Positions 1 through 10,120 are shown, numbered from the whole stretch's first letter. The stretch: 62,412 bases of DNA, filler included, from a bacterium (GCA_027063545.1; 18 parts of 18 records of this genome joined end to end with filler, not necessarily neighbours in it); one strand, 5' to 3'. Numbers and translations: made by a program. Notes: generated from the letters alone by a model not told the origin.

Positions 1-103
1 ATCATCTATTGGATATATTCCTTATGATAAACCTCTTTTTGTAATTGATTTAAATTAAAATAGGTGTTATTTTTATTATAAACGCCTTTTCTAAGAGGGG
101 CAT

Positions 104-1342
104 ATGAATAAACTTAAACTTTTTAATATTTATTTTTTGTTATTTTTTACCCCAATTATCGGAGCTTGTAGTGTTTCCAAAACAATAAATGTAGAAACGA
201 TAAATACTAATGATTTATCTATAACCTCTCTCATAGATACCTCTTTATATGTAGATTTATCAAAAACTTACCAGAATGTAAGTTATAAAACATTTAAATT
301 AATATATGAAAATATATCTGATAAACAAGAAAATATTTTTATATCTCCTTTGAGTATTGAATATATATTAGGTATGCTTCTTAATGGAGCTACTAATGCT
401 ACAAAAGATTCTATTATGAACTTTTTAGAGATAGATTCAGTTATAGAGTTTAATAGCTATCTATATAATTTATATAAATCTATACCAAGTTCTAATGATT
501 TTTCTTTAAAAATTGCCAATTCTATTTGGATAAGACAGGAATTAGAGCCTATAAATAAGGCATTCTTTGATCTTATGGTTAACTATTACTTTGCACACTT
601 TGATATAATAACTGATGCTTCTACAATAAACGATTGGGTTAGAGAAGAGACTGAAAATAAAATTGATTCTATAATAACTGATAATGATCTTGAAAGTATA
701 GACCTTCTTCTTATCAATGCTATTTATTATAAAGCCAACTGGAATAGACCATTTGATCCTAATTATACTAGAAAAGATTACTTTTTCCTAGAAAACGGAG
801 ATACCTTAAGATGTTATTTCATGAACAACAAGAACAATTTTTTATATAAAGAAAATAATTTTTCTTATATTATGGCTCTTAAATATAAAGGTGTAGATGC
901 ATATATGTATGTAATTCTACCAAAAGAGAATTATAAAGTAGGTGATATTATTCCTTATTTAAGTGATACTCTTTTTTATGACTTAAAAAGTACTTATATA
1001 AATCTATATTTCCCAAAATTTTCATTCTATTTTGATAAAGATTTAAGTGAAGACTTTAAAAATAGTATATTAAACATTGTTTTTGATAAAAATAAAGCCT
1101 CTTTTGGCAATTTTACAGAAAGTGATTATAATTTTTATGTAAATAAAATAAAACATAAAAGCTATATAAAAGTTGGAGAAGAAGGAACAGAGGCTGCTGC
1201 TGTTACAAGTGCAGAGCTTATATTAACAAGTACTCCTATAAATGAAGATTATATTACTTTAAAATTAAATAAACCTTTTATTTTTATTATAAAATATAAA
1301 AAAACAAATCTATTTATAGGTATTTTAAATAAACCAAAATAA
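104..1342 (+). CDS. Serpin (serine protease inhibitor), predicted lipoprotein
   Basis: NIFISPLSI, NAIYYKANW, hinge EEGTEAAAVT and C-terminal LNKPFIFII serpin motifs; N-terminal signal with lipobox IGA-C22; GAGGG Shine-Dalgarno. Confidence 0.93.
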   Translation: MNKLKLFNIYFLLFFTPIIGACSVSKTINVETINTNDLSITSLIDTSLYVDLSKTYQNVSYKTFKLIYENISDKQENIFISPLSIEYILGMLLNGATNATKDSIMNFLEIDSVIEFNSYLYNLYKSIPSSNDFSLKIANSIWIRQELEPINKAFFDLMVNYYFAHFDIITDASTINDWVREETENKIDSIITDNDLESIDLLLINAIYYKANWNRPFDPNYTRKDYFFLENGDTLRCYFMNNKNNFLYKENNFSYIMALKYKGVDAYMYVILPKENYKVGDIIPYLSDTLFYDLKSTYINLYFPKFSFYFDKDLSEDFKNSILNIVFDKNKASFGNFTESDYNFYVNKIKHKSYIKVGEEGTEAAAVTSAELILTSTPINEDYITLKLNKPFIFIIKYKKTNLFIGILNKPK

Positions 1343-1352
1343 AGGAGTTTTT

Positions 1353-2636
1353 ATGATATCTTTAAAAAATATTGATCTAAAAGGAGAAATTATCGGAGGA
1401 ATAACTACATTTCTTTCTATGGCTTATATCATAATTGTTAATCCTAAGATTCTTGAAATTGCAGGTATTCCTTTTGAAGGAGCAATGATAGCTACTATTC
1501 TAACTGCCAGTATTTTCACTATCCTTATGGGCTTATATACTGATAGACCTTTTGCAATTGCTCCTTATATGGGAGAGAATGCCTTTATTGCCTATACTGT
1601 CGTAAAAGGTTTAGGATATTCTTGGCAAACAGCTCTTGGGGCCATATTTATAAGTGGAATTTTATTTGTATTAATAACACTATCTGGCATAAGAAAAAAA
1701 TTAGCAGAGGATATACCGCCTTCTCTAAAAATAGCATTTGCCGTTGGTATAGGACTATTTTTAACATTCATAGGTCTAAATGATATAGGTATTGTAAAAT
1801 TAGGTGTTGAAGGTGCTCCTGTTCACATAGGAAATTTAAGAGATATAAAAGTACTTCTCGGAATCTTTTCTTTCTTTTTAATGGTATTTTTACTAATTAA
1901 AAGAATAAAAGGTTTTATTTTAATAAGTATAATTACTACAACTATTTTAGCAATACTTTTTGGACTTATTCCAATTCCAAAAGATTTTATATCATTTAAT
2001 TTTGATCTTTCATCTACTTTTTTAAAACTTGATATAAAAGGTGCTTTAACATGGGGTTTTGTTTCTATTATATTAACAATATTTATTATGGATTTTGTTG
2101 ATACTATGGGAACCTTGATAGCTTTAGGATATCAAGCTAATTTGGTAGATGAAAAAGGAAATCTTCCAGAAATAGAAAAACCGATGCTTGTTGATGCCAT
2201 AGCAACCGTTTTTGGTGCCATTTTGGGGACAACTACTTCTGGTGTTTTTATAGAATCTGCAACAGGGATAAAAGAAGGAGCGAGAAAAGGTCTTTCAAGT
2301 ATTGTTGTTGGTTTTTTATTTTTAATTTCTATATTTTTTACACCTTTATATAAGATAGTTCCTAGTTTTAGTTATGGCCCGGCATTAGTAGTCGTAGGGA
2401 TGTTTATGTTTGAAAATATAAGACACTTTAAATTTTCTGATTACTCAGAGACTATTCCTAGCTTTATTACTATTATATTAATGAGTTTCACCTATAATAT
2501 AGGTATAGGTATGACAGCAGGGTTTTTAACATACATAATTATTAAATTGTTCTCTGGAAAAATAAGAGATATAACACCTACTATGTGGTTTTTAGGATTT
2601 TTATCTTTAATATTTTATGTATTTTATCCATATTAG
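1353..2636 (+). CDS. NCS2/AzgA-family purine (adenine/guanine/hypoxanthine) permease
   Basis: GITTFLSMAYIIIVNP, APYMGENAF, DFVDTMGT and FIESATGIKEG motifs; polytopic membrane protein. Confidence 0.92.
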   Translation: MISLKNIDLKGEIIGGITTFLSMAYIIIVNPKILEIAGIPFEGAMIATILTASIFTILMGLYTDRPFAIAPYMGENAFIAYTVVKGLGYSWQTALGAIFISGILFVLITLSGIRKKLAEDIPPSLKIAFAVGIGLFLTFIGLNDIGIVKLGVEGAPVHIGNLRDIKVLLGIFSFFLMVFLLIKRIKGFILISIITTTILAILFGLIPIPKDFISFNFDLSSTFLKLDIKGALTWGFVSIILTIFIMDFVDTMGTLIALGYQANLVDEKGNLPEIEKPMLVDAIATVFGAILGTTTSGVFIESATGIKEGARKGLSSIVVGFLFLISIFFTPLYKIVPSFSYGPALVVVGMFMFENIRHFKFSDYSETIPSFITIILMSFTYNIGIGMTAGFLTYIIIKLFSGKIRDITPTMWFLGFLSLIFYVFYPY

Positions 2637-2920
2637 ATTATTATATTAGTACTTTGATTTATACCTTTTAGAATAAAAAGTAATATAGAAATAGTTGATA
2701 TTTTCTATAAAAATTCCTATAAATAGAAATAAAACTCCTGAGATAAACATAAAAAAGTTTTTGTCTTTTTTCCATAATATGCTAATATCGAACCCCATAT
2801 AGAATCTAAAAAATTATGAAAATTTTCAAATCATTCATAATTATTCCTTATTATTGATATAAAATAATTTATTTTTTATTTATATAATGACATTATTTTT
2901 TATAAAAAAGGAGATTAAAT

Positions 2921-3991
2921 ATGGAGCTTAAAATAAATTTAAAAAAAGAAAGACAAAATACAGAAATTAATCCTGAAAAGCTTGATTTTGGTAGGATATT
3001 TACAGATCATATGTTTGAAATGTATTATACTCCAGAAAAAGGTTGGCATAACGCTCAAATTGTTCCTTTTCATAATTTTGATCTTTCTCCAGCTACTATG
3101 GTTTTTCACTATGCCCAATCTGTCTTTGAAGGATTAAAAGCCTACAAATATAAAGGTAAATATATAGCTTTAATGAGACCAGAGGAAAATTTTAAAAGGT
3201 TAAATAGATCTGCAAGGCGTCTTGTTATTCCAGAAATAGATGAAGAATTTGTTTTAAATGCTTTAATCGAACTTTTAAAAATAGAAAAAAATTGGATCCC
3301 TGATAAAAAAGGATACGCTTTATATATAAGACCAACAATTATAGGAACAGATCCTGTTATAAGACTAAAGCCTTCTGAAAATTATCTCTTCTATATAATC
3401 CTTTCTCCTGTTGGTCCATACTATAAAAATGGCTTTAAACCTGCAAAAATTTTAGTAGAAACTGAATATGTTAGATCTGTTAGAGGGCAAACTGGTGATA
3501 CAAAAGCAAGTGCTAATTATGGAATAAGTTTAATCGCAGGAAAAAAGGCTACAGAACTTGGTTATGATCAAGCTTTATGGCTTGATGCTATTGAAAGAAG
3601 ATATATAGAAGAAGTTGGATCCATGAATATCTTCTTTGTTATTGATGGTAAAATTGTAACTCCAAAACTTAGAGGATCAATACTACCCGGAATAACAAGA
3701 GATTCTATTATAAAACTTGCTAAACATCTTGGATATGAAGTAGAAGAAAGAGATATTACAATCGATGAGGTAATTGAAGGTATAGAAAAAGGAAAAGTCA
3801 CAGAGTGTTTTGGTACAGGAACCGCTGCTGTTATATCTCCTGTAGGAGTATTAGGTTATAAAGGGAAGAACTATATTATAGGAAATGGTGAAATAGGGCC
3901 TATTTCAAAAAGACTTTTTGATGAATACACTGGTATTCAGTATGGAGAAAAAGAGGACGTTTTTGGTTGGTTAAAAATAATTGAGTATTAA
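2921..3991 (+). CDS. ilvE: Branched-chain amino acid aminotransferase
   Basis: FHYAQSVFEGLKAY, LYIRP, PLP lysine in GDTKASANY, EEVGSMN, ILPGITR, GTAAVISP. Confidence 0.96.
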   Translation: MELKINLKKERQNTEINPEKLDFGRIFTDHMFEMYYTPEKGWHNAQIVPFHNFDLSPATMVFHYAQSVFEGLKAYKYKGKYIALMRPEENFKRLNRSARRLVIPEIDEEFVLNALIELLKIEKNWIPDKKGYALYIRPTIIGTDPVIRLKPSENYLFYIILSPVGPYYKNGFKPAKILVETEYVRSVRGQTGDTKASANYGISLIAGKKATELGYDQALWLDAIERRYIEEVGSMNIFFVIDGKIVTPKLRGSILPGITRDSIIKLAKHLGYEVEERDITIDEVIEGIEKGKVTECFGTGTAAVISPVGVLGYKGKNYIIGNGEIGPISKRLFDEYTGIQYGEKEDVFGWLKIIEY

Positions 3992-3993
3992 AA

Positions 3994-4788
3994 ATGGATT
4001 TTAAATTTTCTCATTATATTACTATAACAACTGATTTTGGTTATAAAGATTCATTTGTTGGAATAGTTAAAGGTGTTATATTAAAACATAATCCCTACGC
4101 AACTATTATTGATATAACCCATGATATATCTCCTCAAAATATAATAGAGGGTGCTATTTCTATATTTACACTAAAAGACAGCTTTCCTCCAAATACTATT
4201 CATCTTGTTATTATAGATCCAACTGTTGGAAGTTCTAGGGATATAATTCTTGTAAAAAATGGGAAATATTGGTTTGTATTACCGGATAATGGTTTAATCT
4301 CTTTTATATATTTTTTTGATAAAAAAGAAAATTTCTCTGTTTATAATATTGATTTAAAAGAAAAAAATAATATATCATATACATTTCATGGTAGAGATGT
4401 TTTTGCTCCTATTGTGGGGTTTTTATCTGCTAATAAATTGGAAAAATTGATTGTTGAGAAAAAAGAAAATTTTTCTCTACTGAATATAAATTATCCAAAA
4501 AAAGAAAAAAAATTTATAGAAGGCGAGATTATATATATAGATCATTTTGGTAATGCCTTTTTAAATATAAGAAAAGAAAATTTAAATGATATAGAGTTAA
4601 AAAATTTAAAGTGTATCTATGGAGAAAACATTATAAATTTTTATGAAAGTTATTATTTGGTTAATAAAGGAGAACCTCTTCTTTTATTAAATTCTTTTGA
4701 TTTTTTAGAATTAGCTATAAATAATGGAAATTTTTCCAAAGAATATAATGCACAAATAGGTGATAAAGTTATAATTGAGTTGAAATAA
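3994..4788 (+). CDS. SAM hydroxide adenosyltransferase (DUF62; SAM-dependent halogenase superfamily)
   Basis: TTDFG, IDITHDI, VIIDPTVGS, PDNG, TFHGRDVFAP, IDHFGN, ELAIN motifs. Confidence 0.92.
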   Translation: MDFKFSHYITITTDFGYKDSFVGIVKGVILKHNPYATIIDITHDISPQNIIEGAISIFTLKDSFPPNTIHLVIIDPTVGSSRDIILVKNGKYWFVLPDNGLISFIYFFDKKENFSVYNIDLKEKNNISYTFHGRDVFAPIVGFLSANKLEKLIVEKKENFSLLNINYPKKEKKFIEGEIIYIDHFGNAFLNIRKENLNDIELKNLKCIYGENIINFYESYYLVNKGEPLLLLNSFDFLELAINNGNFSKEYNAQIGDKVIIELK

Positions 4789-5812
4789 TTCTAATTATAT
4801 ATTCTGCCCTCTTTGTTATTGTATGATCTGATGCTGTTCTTCGTGCGGCTCTCTGTCCTAAAGTAATTCTATAACCTTCATCTTGTAATAATAACTTTAT
4901 TTTTGAGTATAAGTCTTCTTTAGAGCTATAAAGTAATATTTCTTCATTCTCTTTAAAATTATCAATAATTGAACTATCTTTAAAATACCCTATAATAGCA
5001 ACGCCACAGGCTGCTGCTGTAAATAATCGAGGATTTATCCATGGTTTGGAATAACTATTTTTTAAAATATCTTGAGGTAAACTTAAAAATATCTTTGTTG
5101 AATTTAAAATTCTGTTTAAATTTTCATACGTTAACTTTTCTTCATGAATATTAAAAAATTCATTACTATATTTTTTTAAAGCCTCCCAACCATTACCCCA
5201 AATGTCTACCTTTATCTCATTTTCTGATAGAAATCTTATTACCTCTAATCTATAATCTGAAAAAGCTCCTATAAAAATTACATTATAAATCGCTTCTTTT
5301 TTTGTTGGAAAAAACTTTGATATATCAACACCAGGATATAATTTAAAATTTTTTATACCCTCTATAACCTTCTCCTCCCTTATAGAAAATATTCCATCAA
5401 TCTTATCCCTATAATAAGCAAAATCAAAATTATTTTCCTTAAAAAATGATGTTAAATAAATTGTATTCTTTACACCTATCCTATGGCCTATATCTAATGT
5501 TTTTTTATTGTAAAAAGAATTAGATAAAGAAAAAAATAAGTCAGGCTCAAAATTCAAATATTCATACATAAAATCTTTATTATAAAATTGTGCTAAAAGT
5601 TTATAATCTTCTTTTTTATTTTTTAATATAGAAGAATATTTTTTTAGTATAAAAGTATCATCAAATAAGTATACTTCTAATCCTAATGATTTAAAACCAT
5701 ATGCAAAATCTAAAGATATATCCCTTGCTAATCCTTCAAAAGGTACTGAAATAAAAACTTTTTTTATATTAAATGAATGATTTCTCTTATTTAAAATTAC
5801 AACCTCTTCCAT
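4769..5812 (-). CDS. CgeB-like GT-B glycosyltransferase
   Basis: VIFIG..R, IWGNGW, NPRLFTAAACG and C-terminal DHT..KRA pattern typical of CgeB/Glyco_trans_1_2 proteins. Confidence 0.75.
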   Translation of the reverse strand: MEEVVILNKRNHSFNIKKVFISVPFEGLARDISLDFAYGFKSLGLEVYLFDDTFILKKYSSILKNKKEDYKLLAQFYNKDFMYEYLNFEPDLFFSLSNSFYNKKTLDIGHRIGVKNTIYLTSFFKENNFDFAYYRDKIDGIFSIREEKVIEGIKNFKLYPGVDISKFFPTKKEAIYNVIFIGAFSDYRLEVIRFLSENEIKVDIWGNGWEALKKYSNEFFNIHEEKLTYENLNRILNSTKIFLSLPQDILKNSYSKPWINPRLFTAAACGVAIIGYFKDSSIIDNFKENEEILLYSSKEDLYSKIKLLLQDEGYRITLGQRAARRTASDHTITKRAEYIIRIISTQL

Positions 5813-5822
5813 AACTTAATTC

Positions 5823-6287
5823 CTAATAAGCAATTCCTTCCATTGGTTTTGCTGTAGACATAAGGGCCATAATTTTTTTCTTTTGTTTTTTCAACTCATT
5901 ATATTTTTTTGCCATCTCATCGGTTGGCCCATAATAAACTGGAATATTCCATGATGAGAAGAATTCAATTAACTTTTCATCTATAGGTAATAACATTTCT
6001 TTATTTAATCCTTGCCCTATAATTACAACTTCCGGTCTATCTTTTCCTCCTCCTAATCTATCTATTGTTGCATCTATCATATTCTGAGATAATTCTATTT
6101 TTTTATAACTCTTTGACTGAATTAAAAATTTCCCTGTTGGTAATATCAAAATATCCATATTTAAGATAGGAACCCCCGAATAAATAATAAGCCCTGGTTT
6201 TACTATGCTTATATAACCTATAGGATTTTTATATAGCCATATACCCAATAAGATAATTAATATAATAATAAATTTTTTCATTTTCAC
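5823..6287 (-). CDS. Membrane-anchored Mth938/DUF498-like domain protein
   Basis: PEVVIIGQG, PTDEMAKKYNEL, KIMALM resemble the Mth938 fold signature; hydrophobic N-terminus. Confidence 0.6.
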   Translation of the reverse strand: MKMKKFIIILIILLGIWLYKNPIGYISIVKPGLIIYSGVPILNMDILILPTGKFLIQSKSYKKIELSQNMIDATIDRLGGGKDRPEVVIIGQGLNKEMLLPIDEKLIEFFSSWNIPVYYGPTDEMAKKYNELKKQKKKIMALMSTAKPMEGIAY

Positions 6288-6679
6288 CTCTCCTTATTTT
6301 GTTTTTCTTCTTCTATTTTAAAATAGTAATATTCAATACTATCTCTTAATCTTAATATACTATCTGGTAAAAAATTGTCAAGTTTTATTAAAAGATTCAT
6401 AAAACTTGAAGAATCAAGCTCCTTTTTAGATAGAATACCTAAAATACTATCTATTTGTTTTAAATCCTCTCCCTTTATTACATTTTTATCAATACCCAAT
6501 AAAAAAGCATTTATTCGCTTCTCTATTTCTTTTGGCGGCACTTCTTTTGGTTTATTTACCAAAACATCATAAGCTATCTTTATAACTGCAGATTTGTATA
6601 TTCTCTTTAAACTAAATAAAAAACCTATTATTGTTGCTAAAAGAAATATTATAATTAAAGATATTATCAATTTTTTCAT
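6284..6679 (-). CDS. Hypothetical protein with N-terminal membrane anchor
   Basis: 131-aa ORF whose stop overlaps the next start by 4 nt; hydrophobic residues 4-25. Confidence 0.75.
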   Translation of the reverse strand: MKKLIISLIIIFLLATIIGFLFSLKRIYKSAVIKIAYDVLVNKPKEVPPKEIEKRINAFLLGIDKNVIKGEDLKQIDSILGILSKKELDSSSFMNLLIKLDNFLPDSILRLRDSIEYYYFKIEEEKQNKER

Positions 6680-6686
6680 ATATTTT

Positions 6687-6860
6687 TTAAAATAAAACCT
6701 TTAAAATACCATATAGTATAACCAAAGCGCTAAATATCAATGGGAATAAGTAATATCTCCATCCATCAGGTGTTTTTATGAGCCTATATAATGTCATTAA
6801 CAAAAGAGTTATACCTATAGAAAAAGCAAAGTAAATAGATAATGTTATATTTTGTTTCAT
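6687..6860 (-). CDS. Small two-helix membrane protein (57 aa, absent from ORF track)
   Basis: Hand translation MKQNITLSIYFAFSIGITLLLMTLYRLIKTPDGWRYYLFPLIFSALVILYGILKVLF; fills the gap between radC and the next gene with 6- and 7-nt spacing. Confidence 0.7.
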   Translation of the reverse strand: MKQNITLSIYFAFSIGITLLLMTLYRLIKTPDGWRYYLFPLIFSALVILYGILKVLF

Positions 6861-6866
6861 ATTATC

Positions 6867-7547
6867 TTAAATATAATTTTTTTGTTTAAAGGAAAAAAAT
6901 GAGTATTTTGAAATAATTATATGATCAATTAATTCTGTTTTTATTATGCTTAGAAATTCCTTTATTTTTATAGTTGCCAAAATATCATTTTTTGATGGCT
7001 TTATATCTTTCACTTCAGGATGCGTATGAAAAAGTATAATTGAAGAAGCATTATATAAAACGACTTTTTTAATAATCTCCCTTATATGAAAATTTACCTC
7101 ATCAATAGTTCCGTAAGATAAGATTTCATGAGCTATATAATTAAGCTCTAAATCAAGATATAATATGCCAAAAATTTCTTGAGAATCAAGAGGTATATTT
7201 AATTTAAGAAAATCAACAACTTTTTTTAAAGAATCTAAGTTTAGTTTTTCTTTTTTTATTTCGCTAAATTTTAACCTAGAATATATTTCTTTAAGTAGCA
7301 TAAAAAGTATTTTGGTATTTTCTCCTACACCTTTAATCTTTTCAATATCTTCTGCTGAAAGAATAGCATTTTCTATTGATTTGAATTCTTTTAAAATATC
7401 CTTTGCTATAGGTTTTGTATCCTTTCTTTGTATAGAATAAAAAAGTAAAAGCTCAATTATTTCGTAATCAAAAAGTGATTTTGGAGATTTTAAGAATTTT
7501 TCTCTTAGTCTTTTCCTATGACCTTTTAAATGATCATTATCTTTCAT
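6867..7547 (-). CDS. radC: RadC-family JAB domain protein
   Basis: GHRKRLREKF, DYEIIELLL, HhH IKGVGE, GTIDEV, JAB motif HTHP..PSKND, DHIII. Confidence 0.93.
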   Translation of the reverse strand: MKDNDHLKGHRKRLREKFLKSPKSLFDYEIIELLLFYSIQRKDTKPIAKDILKEFKSIENAILSAEDIEKIKGVGENTKILFMLLKEIYSRLKFSEIKKEKLNLDSLKKVVDFLKLNIPLDSQEIFGILYLDLELNYIAHEILSYGTIDEVNFHIREIIKKVVLYNASSIILFHTHPEVKDIKPSKNDILATIKIKEFLSIIKTELIDHIIISKYSFFSFKQKNYI

Positions 7548-9858
7548 TCTTTATCTTCAATAAAGAAATTGTATAATCATCCTTTAAATCTTCGGCTTTT
7601 TCTGTCTTTATATATTTTTCTATAGCATCCACTAATGAAACAACATCCTCATTATAATTTTTCAAAATAAACCTTACAATACCCTTTCTACCCCATTCAG
7701 TCCCTTTTTTTGTCTGCCATTCTATTAATCCATCTGTATAGAATAAAATTATATCATCTTTTCTTATTTCAAATTTTTCTGAAACAAATCCCTGAGAAAT
7801 ATCTTCGCCCAATCTGTAATTTTGGTTATATAGTGTTAAATACTGAAGCTCATCCTCTTGCTTTCTAAATAAAATAGGATTATTATGACCTGCATTACAT
7901 ATCTCTACATTCCCTTCTTTGAAATTGAATCTAGATATAATAAATGTCATATTTAAATCTTTTGTTGTCTCAAGTAATAAATAATTTAAATCTTTCATAA
8001 TATCAGTGATAGGATATCTTTTATTAGGAACAGCCTTATATTCTTTTTCTATCATTTTTATAAAAGAGTGTACCGCACCTGTCAATAAAGCTGCACTGAT
8101 TCCATGTCCGGTAACATCTCCTATGAAATAATAAAATTCTTCATTATACTCATCCCAAAAATAATAAAACCAATCACCATTTAATCTACCAGCTGGCATA
8201 TAGGAAGAATAAATCTCTAATTTATTATTTTCATAAAACTTACTTGGGAATAATTCTGACTGAATAATTTCAGCATTTTTTATTTCCTCTTCTATCTTCA
8301 TTTTTACCTTTTCTTCAGATAATAATCGTAAATTTTCTAACCCAACGCCTATTTGTTTTGAAAAAATCTCTAATACTTCTACTTTATCCTCATTAAAAAA
8401 ACTTTTAGAAAATTTATAGCAATTTAATACTCCTATAAACTTATCTCCTACTTTTATTGGTATAGAAATTAAAGAAAAATCTTTATTAACTACCTCAGTC
8501 TGATTTTGTATTATTACCTTCTTATTTATATAATCTATAATTTCTTTTATAGAATTTTTATCTTTATCTTTTAATACATCTTCATTATAATTTTCCAGAT
8601 ATTCTTCTTTCTCTCCCTTTTCATTTAAAAGGGATATGGAAACATAATCTATTTCAAAAAGTTTTAAAATCATATCTAAATATTTATTTAATAAATTATG
8701 CTTTTCTCTTATATTAATTAAATTAAACAAACCTTCATTTATTTTTCTCAAGTACTCTAATTTCTCTTTTAATTCTGTCATTGTTTCATAAATCTTATTA
8801 CTCATATCCTCAAATACCCTTGCCATAATACCTATCTCATCTTCCCTTTCTTCTACAGGATAAGGAAATTCTATTTTAAGTCTCTCGTTTGGATTAAAAT
8901 CAATCATTTTATTTACTAAAATACCTATAGGTTTAAAAATTCTATATGAGATATAAAAAGATACTAATACTATAACTAAAAATATAGAAAGTATTATCAT
9001 TAAAATAGTTAAATTTACCTTTGCTATAATCTTCTCTATTGAAGCCTTTGGCTGTAAAGCAAATACACCTATATGATAATCCTTTAAATAACTATATAAA
9101 ACTAAATAAGTTTTATTATTTGATAGTTTAAAAAACTTAATACTATTTATCTTAAATTTATCTAAAGGTTGATCTATTTCTAAACCTAACTCTTTTATAT
9201 TAAGTCTATTAGCTACATATCTTTTATCAGGATGAGCTATTATATTTCCTTTATTATCTACTAAAAAAGCAAAGCCATCCTGTCCAACTTTATAAGATGA
9301 TATATAATCAGAAAATCTCCTCATTGAAAATTCGGCTAAAAGAACTCCATTAGCCCTTGCTGGGTTTTGAATAGCTACAGCAACATTTATATAGGGGAAA
9401 TTTTTATCCCATTTTACATCTGAAATATAAGGTATTAATGGATCAACTAAAGAATTCAGATATTTAAAATTTTTTTCTCTATCAACGGATAATAGCATTG
9501 TATTATCTGCTATTATATTTCCATTATTATCTATAACATACACAACTTCACCAGCTATGAATAAACTAGATATACTATATGATTTTAAGATTTCTATAAT
9601 CTCATCTCTATCAAAATTGTAAATAGCAGGCATAGAAGCCAAAAGATTTAAATTTTTTATATATGAATTAAAATTAGAAGAAATATATTCAATAACAGTA
9701 TTTAATCCTGACAAAGTTGTATTATAAGCCTTATTAGTTAATTCTCTTCTTATAGTTTTTATGAAATAATAACCAATAATACTAGAAAGTACAAATTGCG
9801 TAAAGAAAAGAATTAAAGCTAATTTAAATATTAAACTTTTATGCCATTTTATCTTCAT
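7537..9858 (-). CDS. Membrane sensor PP2C/SpoIIE phosphatase (Cache-HAMP-GAF-PP2C)
   Basis: Two TM helices flanking a Cache-like region (GFAFLVDNKGNIIAHPD), HAMP (REDEIGIMA), GAF (IPIKVGDKFIGVL), PP2C motifs GDWF, GDVTGHG, NAGH, YTDGL, DDYT. Confidence 0.92.
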   Translation of the reverse strand: MKIKWHKSLIFKLALILFFTQFVLSSIIGYYFIKTIRRELTNKAYNTTLSGLNTVIEYISSNFNSYIKNLNLLASMPAIYNFDRDEIIEILKSYSISSLFIAGEVVYVIDNNGNIIADNTMLLSVDREKNFKYLNSLVDPLIPYISDVKWDKNFPYINVAVAIQNPARANGVLLAEFSMRRFSDYISSYKVGQDGFAFLVDNKGNIIAHPDKRYVANRLNIKELGLEIDQPLDKFKINSIKFFKLSNNKTYLVLYSYLKDYHIGVFALQPKASIEKIIAKVNLTILMIILSIFLVIVLVSFYISYRIFKPIGILVNKMIDFNPNERLKIEFPYPVEEREDEIGIMARVFEDMSNKIYETMTELKEKLEYLRKINEGLFNLINIREKHNLLNKYLDMILKLFEIDYVSISLLNEKGEKEEYLENYNEDVLKDKDKNSIKEIIDYINKKVIIQNQTEVVNKDFSLISIPIKVGDKFIGVLNCYKFSKSFFNEDKVEVLEIFSKQIGVGLENLRLLSEEKVKMKIEEEIKNAEIIQSELFPSKFYENNKLEIYSSYMPAGRLNGDWFYYFWDEYNEEFYYFIGDVTGHGISAALLTGAVHSFIKMIEKEYKAVPNKRYPITDIMKDLNYLLLETTKDLNMTFIISRFNFKEGNVEICNAGHNNPILFRKQEDELQYLTLYNQNYRLGEDISQGFVSEKFEIRKDDIILFYTDGLIEWQTKKGTEWGRKGIVRFILKNYNEDVVSLVDAIEKYIKTEKAEDLKDDYTISLLKIKNER

Positions 9859-9995
9859 TATTCGTCTTCTTTATCCTCTTCTTCAGAGATTTCATTTTTA
9901 AATTTAAAATAGAAATAAATTCCAAAAATTATTATTAATAAAAAAATAGTTATTGTATAATATAAATCAGAATTTTTTGATAAATTTGTCTTAGT
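9858..9995 (-). CDS. C-terminal fragment of a membrane-anchored protein (cut by contig end)
   Basis: Open frame ending YTITIFLLIIIFGIYFYFKFKNEISEEEDKEDE*, with TAATG stop/start overlap into the PP2C gene. Confidence 0.6.
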   Translation of the reverse strand, partial: TKTNLSKNSDLYYTITIFLLIIIFGIYFYFKFKNEISEEEDKEDE

Positions 9996-10095
9996 NNNNN
10001 NNNNNNNNNNNNNNNNNNNNNNNNNNNNNNNNNNNNNNNTTAATTAATTAANNNNNNNNNNNNNNNNNNNNNNNNNNNNNNNNNNNNNNNNNNNN
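9996..10095. other. Artificial contig spacer (first of 17)
   Basis: 100 nt of N with central TTAATTAATTAA (stops in all frames). Others start at 20007, 21701, 23387, 25059, 26731, 36456, 38118, 39769, 49385, 51023, 52660, 54294, 55926, 57556, 59181, 60798. Confidence 0.99.
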
Positions 10096-10120
10096 TATAT
10101 CCATAATTCCTTTCATCTTT

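Noticed and set aside
2637..2920. Riboswitch, T-box or sRNA upstream of ilvE
   Set aside because: Only AT-rich short palindromes and a TATAAT; no T-box sequence, GC stems or terminator seen
3994..4788. Fluorinase or chlorinase
   Set aside because: TFHGRD motif is that of DUF62 hydroxide adenosyltransferases
6867..7547. radC as marker of a mobile element
   Set aside because: Full-length chromosomal type with HhH, embedded in an operon, no integrase nearby
10040..10051. TTAATTAATTAA recurring 17 times as a possible repeat or CRISPR
   Set aside because: Always centred in N runs; it is an artificial all-frame stop linker
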